A stretch of DNA of 64,000 nucleotides. It comes from Eledone cirrhosa. Lineage: Eukaryota. Positions 1 to 12,200 of this stretch are shown in pieces. Numbering within the stretch: the first letter of the stretch is position 1; each line of letters opens with the position of its first letter. Location of the stretch: positions 245,954,001 through 246,018,000 of the forward strand of contig OZ024742.1 of the NCBI GenBank assembly GCA_964016885.1, given 5' to 3'. The notes beneath the pieces are model-generated. The model had not been told where the DNA came from, did no database searches, and saw only the letters and a list, made by a program, of their open reading frames with translations. The translations under genes were made by a program, and so were the position numbers.

Positions 1-1111
<1,111 letters not shown>

Positions 1112-1233
1112 AATATATATATAATGAGTATATATCTGTGGATGGGTGTGGGTGAATGTGTGGAAAACTGAAATAGAAAACAATGTTCTGTTTAGCAAGC
1201 AACTTCAGCTGTCAGGTGGCCTGATAGATCCAA

Positions 1234-1440
1234 TCAGTCATCTAGCTGACATACACTTGCTACCCCACAGTTAATCCAATGTTCCTCTGGTTTTTCAGAG
1301 GGAAGCTGCAAAAATAGTACAAAATTGGTGGAGTGTCCAGTAGTGGATAAAGTCCCACGTCGGGCAGTTGTCTTGTACACTGGACATGAGTAACTTTGTA
1401 ATGGTGTAAATTTCTCTATGTCGTTGGGTTTTAGCCAGAT
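1234..1440 (-). CDS. DNAH3: Dynein terminal coding exon T (IWLKP...[23 protein letters not shown]...[15 protein letters not shown])
   Basis: caaag|ATC acceptor, TGA at 1236-1234, typical axonemal dynein C-terminus; not in the ORF track. Confidence 0.92.
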   Translation of the reverse strand: MWLKPNDIEKFTPLQSYSCPVYKTTARRGTLSTTGHSTNFVLFLQLPSEKPEEHWINCGVASVCQLDD

Positions 1441-4073
1441 CTTTGGTGCTGAGTTAAGGAGTATGACTCAATGAGAAATTAGGAAGGATCCAGGCTCCTG
1501 GAATTCTGTGATGCCAATGATCTAACTATCTTTAACACAAACTTCAGAAAACCAACCAATAAATAGATTTCATCTGTACCAGAAAATGAAATCGATTGTT
1601 GTAAACACCAAGTCTCTTTTTGGTGATGAATACAGCTCTGAACATAATCCAGTAGTTAGCAACATTAAAGTTAAAGCTAGACAAACTTGGCAACTTGGAG
1701 AAGGTCATAGAAACTGAAGGAGCCCTTTTTATACATACATACCCCAAAACTGCCTATGATTCTATATACATACATACCCCAAAACTGCCTATGATTCTAT
1801 AAATAAAAACCACTGATTGTAAAATGTTCCTATATAAATCAAAGTCTTCGATCATAATTTCATATAAGAACTATATCTTAGTAATAAAATTATTAATAAT
1901 TTTAGTAAATACCTCAACATTCTTCATTGGTTGAAAGGTGACTGATTAACTCTTTAGTATTTAAACTGGCCGTATCTGGCCAGAATTCTCTCACCTCTTT
2001 CTGTTCAAACTGGCCATAACTGGCTACTCATACTGATATTAAGGTATTGTACTAAAAATAAATAATTGTTTCTACTTTAGGCACAAGGCCAGCAATTACC
2101 CAGTGCATTACTGGTACTTTATTTTATCGACCCCGTAAGGATGAAAGGCAAAGTCAACCTCGATAATATCAACATCTGATAGATTCGATATTATATGAAA
2201 TGATTATGTCAGGTAAAGTCTTTACCATGAAAATATAATAGTAAATATAGAGTATTGTAAATGCTAAAGGGTTAAGTCAACCACCCAATGATATAAATGG
2301 GCCTCTTCAATGGGCTTCAAAGCAGTTTCTGACTACCAAATTTGAATGACAAGACTTTGATTGATATACAGTTATGGTAGAAGACATTAGTTTGACGTTT
2401 CCTCCAGTGAAATAAAAAGAAAAAAAAACATATATCGTTTTAATGCAACTTATTGTCTTTTTCATATAAAGTTTGGTTATCATGGTTATCATACTAATTT
2501 TTAGCATGATAACCATGGTGTTTGACAATCTATGACCTTGTCATCTGGTAGGCAGAGTTTTCATGATGCTATATCTTTTGGATGAGCCCAGTTTAGAGCA
2601 AATATCCAAATATGAAATTTTTGAAAGGATCAAGCGAATACCCTCCATCAGGCACCTACCATACTCTGAACGCCTTGCTTCCATGGGCATGGATACATTG
2701 AAGCTCCGACATCTGGCAACTGACTTGGTAAACACCCACAAAATTATTAACCATCTTGCCAACAACAACCCTGAGCACTTCTTTGATTTCCATGTGTCTA
2801 ACACACGTGGGCATGCCTACAAAGTCAGAAAACAGCACAGCTCCCATGACTTTCGGAAACATTTTTTCATGTTCAGAGTTGCTGAAGCAACAAACAAAAC
2901 TTCTATGCTTCCCGAAATTCGCCAACACTATACCTGATATCCCCCCTCCGTACACACATACACATGTATATCATGACTCATACACTGTTCATTTTCCTGA
3001 CATTTGTACATTATTCTATGTACTATACATGCACCTTTGATGAGTTGTAGTGCACCTGAGCACTGTACACAATAATTTCATTATTATTATTATTATTATT
3101 ATTTTGCCTTTCATCCTTACGGGGTCGATAAAATAAAGTACCAGTAATACACTGGGATAATTGCTGGCCTTGTGCCAAAAGTAGAAACAATTATTATTAT
3201 TATTATTATTATAAAGGTTTAAAAGCATAGGAGGGAATGGGGATTTAGGCAGTTTAACACAAATGATATCTTCATCCATGAGTGATGTATATAAAGGAAT
3301 GGGTGGTAGATTTAATCTACTGTAACACTTTTAATAGGATCATAAAGGATACAACTGGTAATGAGTCAAACAAAATCTTTGGTAGAGATGCAGCAATGAC
3401 GGAAGTGGCCCGGTTCCAGCGTGCTCCTTCTAAGAACAAACCCTGGAAAGAAAATTTATACACATATATGATATATATTTAAAAGAATTCAAATCTGTCT
3501 TCAGTTAATTCATAATGATAACTGAAATAAAGCAAAATTAGTTATGAATCTGGGTAAATGGCATATGTGCAGAAGGAAACTTTAGTTTTGAATGTTTGTC
3601 TGTTTGTCAGGCTCTCTCTCTCTCTCTTGCTCTCCCTCTCTATCTATCTATCTTTCTCAGAATATCTATCTGTCTGGCTGTACACCTATCTATCAATCTG
3701 TCTGTCCATCTACTGATCCATATTTAATATACAATAAAGAGAAACATCATCTACAGTCATTAATGGAGAATGAATGTGACTATAAAAAGCAACTATATAA
3801 GCAGACATACAAAAACAAACATTCTTACTTATGTGCACACACACACATTGAATGATTTACATATTTAAAAAAGAATCACTATCAATTTACTGTTGAATTT
3901 CAATTCACTTACAAACAAGGCAAAGGAATAATAACAATAACAAGTGATTCTTATCTTTAAATGGCTTCAGTCATTCAACATGTCTAGAGCTATACTGGAA
4001 TACTGTCATCAAGAGCTTCATCAATCATATCAATCCCAATACTTATTTTATAAATTTCTGTTTGCTGAATCAC

Positions 4074-4106
<33 letters not shown>

Positions 4107-6230
4107 ACATATATAAAAACTGACTGGCCAGTCTGCTGATATGCAAATCTGGCTGATCAGTGGATCTGCTAATAGGCAGATCTGACTGATCAGCCAGTCT
4201 GCTAATATGCAAATCAGGCCGATCAGTCACTTTTAGAAAATAGCATATATTTTCACTAGCTCTGACAGTTTGCAGGTGAACAGTGAGCTGTACTGATGAA
4301 GGGTGATTCCCAGAAACATTAGTGTCTGCAGTTCTGTTTACATGCCAACACAAGAGCAAGAATGAAGGGTTCATTCTATTGACATGGCTTTAAAAATGAG
4401 GCTTGTTTGCATAATTACAAACGAATCGAATGTTATTATTAATGTTTGAAAAACACAGATTACATTTATTATATATATATATGAAGTTATAGTGTACTAG
4501 TTCACTATTTTCATTGGTAAAATAAGTTAAGCTCAATGCCTCTTTTACCCTTCATTCTTTGGGAGCAAATAGTTATAGTAGCAGAGCATTTCTAACTGAA
4601 AATTCAGTAAGATGAAGGATTAATATTATTGTTGTTTATTTATACATCTATGAACGTTTTAATGCAACTAGAATATTTCACCAATAGTGGAGAGAAAACC
4701 CCGAAAATTATCAGTTAAATAACTCCATAGGTGTTTTACTCCAAGCCATATCACTTCAGGAAATACAATAAAACAATAATTTGTTTAACATGAAAAGGCA
4801 AAACAAGAATTACATAAGATTCATCGTACATAAGCAGAAAGCAAGTGCATGTGCTTGTGAACATAGTTACTGGACATGCAAAATAAAAGTTTATGTGTGT
4901 TATTCATATATATGTTAAAACACATTGTAGCTGGTGGGGTTAGGTGTTGCTTCTTCACTGCTCAGATAGCACATGGAATTACTCAGAGATGTTTTTCTTG
5001 TTTGCATCTTACGGTATGGCTATTCCCTGTAGTTGGCTCCTATTAATCCAATCTTTCTTCTTGTCCCCCTCTCAATATTCTCCTTGATTACTGGTTTTGT
5101 TGACAATCAGGGCAATCCCTGGTTTATATACAGGGTGCAGACGATATTTGTTCACAAGATTACTGTCTAGGAAAAAATAACACAGTAGTTTTATTTTTTA
5201 AGATATATTTATCAAATTTGGGTCAGTTTGTCTTCATGATTTGTTCTTTCGATCTCACTCAATAAACCCGCCATTGGCTTTGATGACGGCCTCAGAACCG
5301 GCTACAGGCCTTCGTCACTGTCCCCCGACTTAGGCTCCTAAAGGCACTTGTGATCCTGGCTTTCAGATCGTCTTTCATATTGCAGCTAGATCTGTTGGTG
5401 TCTCGTTCCACTGCACCCCACACAAAGAAGTTGAAAGGGTTGCAGTCAGGCGAGCTGGGAGGCCAGATGTCAGGTGAAGTGTAGTCGATGAAGTTCTCTG
5501 ACAGCCAGGCTTGGGTCTTTCAGCTGGTATGGCAGGGCGTTGAGTCTTGCTGCCACACGTATGGCCTACCTGCAACTACCTGGTCGATCCAGGGCTTTAC
5601 TACCTCGCTCAGAACGCAGATGTAGCCATCGGTGTTCAGCTTGAGGCCCTCAGGGAAGAAGTCAGGTGGCAGGACGTCACCTTGACTGCTGACAACACTT
5701 AAGACCAATGTTCTCGCTGGAAACTTTGTCTGCATGACTCTAGGCACGTCCTTGGATGAGACACCATTCTCCTGCTGACACTGAGAAAGTCAGAAATTTC
5801 CTTATTTGTCCTCCTGGCGCGGATTCCAAGAAGAACTCCGTGTCTCTTCCACAAATTTGGAGGTTCAAAATTATTCATAATCAATTATTTTGAAAATAAA
5901 TAATGGAAATATAGTCACTGTTTTTATGAAGACGAGTGACAACGGAAGTAAAAAAAATTTGCATAAAATTAGCAGTTGAAAATTGCGAACAAATATCGTC
6001 CACACCCTGTGTATATATATATATATATATAAAGAAGTGCCAAGAAATCCCAGTAGAAGGAAGACGCAGTAGAGGAAGACCACGAAAATCATGGGCGGAG
6101 GTGGTGAGAGCTGACCTCAGATTGCTGAAGCTCTCGGAGGAGATGACAAAGGACCGTGATGAATGGAGAGATGCTATGCTGAATAGGTCCCGTCCCACCC
6201 TTGCAAGCAGGGAAAAGCGGACGTAAAATG

Positions 6231-6277
<47 letters not shown>

Positions 6278-6888
6278 CGTCTAACCCATGCGAGCGTGGA
6301 AAATGGATGTTAAATGAAGATGATGATGATGATATATATATATAATTACACCTCTCAAAGGCAATGACACAGGACCATAACCGCTGGCACTATGCAGTAT
6401 TACAGAAGACCCGTCCTCTATTATTCTCAGGCTGAGGCTTATAACTAGTAGGTAACACCTTCCTCAACCTTCTCCCGTCTCATACACCTCCTTTTGCAGT
6501 AACCATCCATATCTAAATACCTATGTGCACAAATTCCCCAAGCTTCCTCCCCCCTCTCTATTCCAAGACAAAAGTGCCCACTCCCTATGTTAAGTGGTCG
6601 TATCAGGGACACAACAAAAAGTGCCCAGTCCACACTGTAATGGGGTCGTGTAGGTGACATGACAAAAAGTACACAACACACACTGTAAATGTGGTTGGCA
6701 TTCGGAAGGGCACCCAGCTGTAGAAAAAAAGCCAAAATCTGCCCTGGGTGAGCTAAACATGGTCCTCTAACCTGATTTTCTCCCTAAGGGTCAATCTGTC
6801 CTACCCATGCTAGTGTGGAAAATGGACATTAAATGACGATGATGATATATATATGTGTGTATATATAAGATATATGTATATATGTGAG

Positions 6889-6921
<33 letters not shown>

Positions 6922-7272
6922 GGTTTATGCATAGGTATGGTATATGTATATACGTGCAAATATGTGTATGTATATCATTATCATGATACATGTGTATATA
7001 TGTATATATATATATATATATATATTATGTTGGTACCACAAAACATCCAGCCAACACAGTAAAGTGGTCATGTAGGTGTCACAGCAAAAAGCACCCAGCA
7101 CACACTGTAAATGTGGTTGGTGTTAAGAAGGGCATCCAGCCATAGAAATCCAACCAGAAACAGTCCTATATGAGCGAGACACAGGCAACCGACCCAACTT
7201 GCCTCTAAATGGGACAAACCCATCTAACCCATGCTAGCGTGAAAGATAGACGTTAAACGATGATGATGTTTA

Positions 7273-7326
<54 letters not shown>

Positions 7327-9212
7327 CATGTCCGCATTTACGTTTGTGTTCTGAAACTTAGCAGCTTTGAAAAAATGAATACTTATGACTTAGGTTGATA
7401 TGATTGACTAAAATGCTTTAAGGTGTTGACACAGCATCACCATTGTCTAGTAATGATTGAAACTAGTAAAAGAATATATGTATATGATGGAGGCACATGG
7501 CTTAGTGGTTAGAGCATTGGCCTTTCAATCGAAAGGTTGTGAATTCAATCCTCAGACCGGGGGTGATGTGTTGTTTCCTTGAGCAAGACACTTTATTTCA
7601 CATTGCTCCAGTTTACTCAGCTGTAGAAATGAGATGATAGTGACTGGGGTCCCTATCATTCCACTGCAAAGTGGTCGTGGAGGTGCCACAGCAAAAAAGC
7701 ACCCAGCACTCACTGTAAATGAGGTTGGTGTTAGGAAGGGCATCCAGCTGTAGAAATCAAGCCAGAATCAGTTCCCGTCCCACCCTTGCAAGCAGGGAAA
7801 AGTGGACGTAAAATGATGATGATGATGATGATGATATATATATATATATATTGAGTTAAGAACTCAGAGTAGTCTCTTACAATTAAATAGCTCTAAGAAA
7901 AAAGGTTTTCCGAGCCGTACAATATAATTGAATACACAAGAGAGATGAACACTAATATAAACATACATGTGTTCGAATCATAAGGACCAAATTTGCTAGG
8001 GTGAAAAAATACTAACTACAGCAATTTGGTCCTTACGATTCGAACACATGTATAAAAATAATAAAAAATAATGAAATTATTGTGTACAGTGCTCAGGTGC
8101 ACTACAACTCATCAAAGGTGCATGTATAGTACATAGAATAATGTACAAATGTCAGGAAAATGAACAGTGTATGAGTCATGATATAATAACAATAACAATA
8201 ATGAAATATTGTGTACAGTGCCCAGGTGCACCACAACTCATCAAAAAAGTGCATGTACAGTACATAGGGCAATGCACAAACATCAGTAAAATGAACAGTG
8301 CACGAGTCATGATACACACATGTGTGCATGTGTATGGAAAGGGTACATCAGGTGTAGTTTTGGCGTATTTCGGGAAGCATGAGTGTCTTAAAGGATGCAG
8401 TGTCTCAGCAGCTAACAATTGACGCAGGCAGTTTGTTCCATGCTTCAGCAACTCTGAGCGTGAACAAATGTCTGCGAAAGTCATGGGAGCTGTGCTGTTT
8501 TCTTATCTTGTAGGCATGTCCACGTGTGTTAGACACATGGAGATCAAAGAGGCGCTCAGGGTTGCAGTTGGCGAGATGGTTAAAAACTTTGTGGGTATTC
8601 ACCAAGTCCATTGCCAGACGTCGGAGCTTCAATGAATCCATGCCCAGGGAAGCAAGGCGTTCAGAGTATGGTAGGTGTCTGATGGAGGGTATACGCTTGG
8701 TTGCACATCTCTGAACAGTTTCCAGGAGGTCAATGTTCCGAGCAAGATAGGGGTTCCAGACTGATGATGCGAATTCCAAGTGTGGTCGCACCATAGCTGT
8801 ATACAGTTTTAAATAGATGGCTGGAGAGCGGCTAACAAAGGTCTTGCTGAGTGATGCCAAGACACCCTCGGCCTTCTTGACAATCTTAGAGACATGCTTT
8901 GTCCAACGCAAATCGTTGCTGACAGTAATGCCCTGGTCACGTTCACAAGAGGACTTTTTGATGTCAGTGTTGTGGAGGGAGTTTGTGGACGTTGGATTTT
9001 TCCTTCCAAAATGCATGGTGGTACACTTGTCAACAGCCAGCTTCAGTTGCCAGTCTGTGATCCATTGCTGCATTGTGTCCAGGTCTGATTGTAGGAAAGA
9101 ATTAGTGTTCATCTCTCTTGTTTATTCAATTATATATATATATATATATATACTCTGCAATGTATTGAGTACCTTACTTACTGTGGTTACCTCCGATTCA
9201 ACCCGGAATAAC

Positions 9213-9270
<58 letters not shown>

Positions 9271-12200
9271 TTATTAAAATAACAGATTAAAGTTTAAGCA
9301 AAGAATCGCTGCTTTCACCCTTAATGGGATCTTCTTATTTGATATATATTTATCCTTATCAAACCCTCTTTGGATTTTAGTCTTCAAATTTATTATTATT
9401 ACTATATATATATGTGTGCATATATCTTTATCTTTGTATATGTATATCATCATCATCATCATCATCAGGTTTAGCGTCCGTGTTCCACGCTTGCATGGGT
9501 TTGGACGGGGGTTTTCCCACTTGAGGCAAGAGTGGTTGTCTTGCTCGCATAGGACTGTCTGGCGGGTTTTCTACAGCTGGATGCCCTTCCTAACACCAAC
9601 CACATTTACAGTGTGGGGCTGGGAGGTTTTTACCGTGTTGCCTACACGGCCACATTTACAGCGTGGACTGTGTGTTTTTTGTCGTGACACCTACACGATC
9701 TCATTTGTTTCGGCCTGGATGTTGTGGGACCAACATAACTTTACATTGAAAGGGGCGGTGTGGATGGGGTGTAGGTGGTGGGACAGGGGTGTGTTTTGAT
9801 AGAGATGCCTACTGACTGTAGTAGGTTTTTACTTTGTATTTAGGTAAGGCGGGTCTTCTCTATTACTGAGTACCGCCAAAGGTCTCGGTCCAGTGACATT
9901 GTCTTGGAGAGGTGTAAGCGTGTGAGGTCGGAATTTATCAGCTCGTCCCATGTTTTTCTGGGTCTGCCTACTCCGTGGCTACCGTCTATCTTTATTGCCC
10001 TGCACTTTGTTATACAGCTGTCGTCTTTCATGCGCATCACGTGACCGTACCAACGTAGCCTTCTCTCGAGTAAACAACATCTGATCCCTCTTATTTCTAA
10101 TTTTTTCCTTAGTTCGTTTATGCTTTGCCGTTCACGTATATTACTATTGCACATCCAGCAGAGCATGCAAGCTTCGTTCCTCTCTAGTCTGCGTATATCC
10201 TCTGCACACAATGCCCAGGTCTCACTGCCATGCAGCATTGCTGTTCGTATGCAGGCATCGTATAACCTGCCTTTCATTTTTAGGGAGAACCCTCTAGCGG
10301 CTAATAGTGGTATAAGCTCTCTGAACTTTTTCCATCCAGTTCTGACTCTAGCTACTGTACTTTCAGAGCACCCTCCCCCACTGCTGATTTTGTCACCCAG
10401 GTAACGGAAGCTGTCCACTATTTCTATAGAACCCTCTGCGCAGTTGAAGGAGCTAGTATTTTGTGGGCACTTGCGGCTACTTATTGCACCAGAGCACCGG
10501 CCACATGTAAAATCTATGTTCTTAGTTAGCTTACCTGTGATCCCACTACATCTTTTATGCACCCAAACTTTGCATTTGGGACACAAAATGGAATTTCTAC
10601 CTACGCCTTTCCTACACTCTGCGCATGGCCACTTCCCGGAGGGGACCGCCGCCTCATTTTCTTTCTTACAAACTAGAACTTTAGTCTTAAACAGGTTAAT
10701 TTTAAGGCCTTTTGATTCTAGGCCGTGCTTCCATGTTTGGAATTTCTTCTCTAGCTCGGCCATTGATTCAGCTATGAGCGTTAGATCATCTGCGTATAGG
10801 AGTTCCCATGGGCAGCCGGTCTTGAACTCCTCTGTTATAGCCTGAAGGGCAATAATAAATAGTAGGGGGCTAAGAACAGAGCCCTGATGGACACCAACTT
10901 TTACGCTAAACTCTTCACTATATTCGTTGTTAATTCTAACCTTACTGACTGTTTCTTTATACATGGCTTGTATAGCCCTCACAAGCCATTCGTCAACACC
11001 TAGTTTTCTAAGAGACCACCAGATAATGGAACGGGGGACTCTGTCGAAGGCTTTCTCCAAGTCGACGAAAGCTAAGTATAGGGGTTTACTTTTAGCTAGG
11101 TACTTCTCCTGTAGTTGTCGTACAATGAAAAGAGCGTCTGTGGTACTTTTGCCTGACACAAACCCGAACTGCATTTCATCTAGATCAATTCTCTCTCTGA
11201 TTAGTTGCGCTATTACTTTTTCCGTGACCTTCATGACCTGGTCGATTAATTTAATGCCTCTATAGTTACTCCTATCTAGGGCATCTCCTTTTCCCTTATA
11301 GCAGTTAACGATGATGCTGCTACGCCAGTCCTTCGGAACAACCCCATTCTGTACGACTTGGTTAACTATCCGGGTGACCATGGTGTGTCCCACCGAACCA
11401 GATGCCTTCAGCATCTCAACAACTATTTCCGAAGGACCAGCCGCCTTACCCGTCTTCATATCTTTGATTGCCTTGCTTATTGTACTACCCTGGACTAACA
11501 CTGCTGGTCCCTTTATTGGGTCGATGTGGGGGAGACTGTCTTTCTCCCATTTGTTCTCCTCATTTAGAAGCCTTTCGTAGTGACACTTCCAAGCTACCTT
11601 CTTATCAGCGTCGGTGATGGCAAGTATGCCATCATCGTTAAGTACACACTTCTCCCCGACAATATCACGGTTTTCCTTGACACATTGCCTGGCAATCCTG
11701 AACACCTCACGTTTTTGGTCCTCACGTTGTAGAACATGCTTGAACTTTCTTTCCTCTGCTTCCCTTCTTGCGAAGTACACTTGTCTCCTAGCTTCCCTCC
11801 TGGCCACTTGATAGTCTTCTCTACTTCCCCCATCCCGCCATACTTTCCAAGCCTGCTTTTTGGCCTTAATTGACTCCTCCACCTTACTGTTCCACCACCA
11901 TGTTACTCTCCTCCTACCTACAGGCCTGCTCCAGCCACAGACTTCGTCTGCCGCCGTCAGCAGGTTTGCTCTCAGGAATTCCCACTGTTCCTCTATATGA
12001 TACGACTCTAATTGCTCTTCCTTACTGTCGAAAGCGTCAAGTAATATGCTTTGAAATTTATTTCTGGCTATGGGGTCCTTTAGCTTCCATATTTTTCTCC
12101 TGAGGATAGTCCTCTTCTGTTGTCTAGTACGTCTCGTCCTGACTATGAGGTCGCTAATTATCAGTCTATGTTGGGAGGTGAATTCTTCATGGGGGTGGGA

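Larger units (their letters stand above)
1441..3352 (-). other. U12-type (minor spliceosome) GT-AG intron, last intron of the dynein gene
   Basis: 5' splice site GTATCCTTT (3352-3344); branch site TCCTTAAC (1460-1453) ending 12 nt before the intron end; no polypyrimidine tract. Confidence 0.9.

Noticed and set aside
1441-1450. Alternative AG acceptor 8 nt upstream of exon T
   Set aside because: Too close to the U12 branch site, and it would frameshift the conserved C-terminus.
7489-7562. tRNA gene
   Set aside because: A tRNA-derived SINE head running straight into core and tail, and present in several copies.
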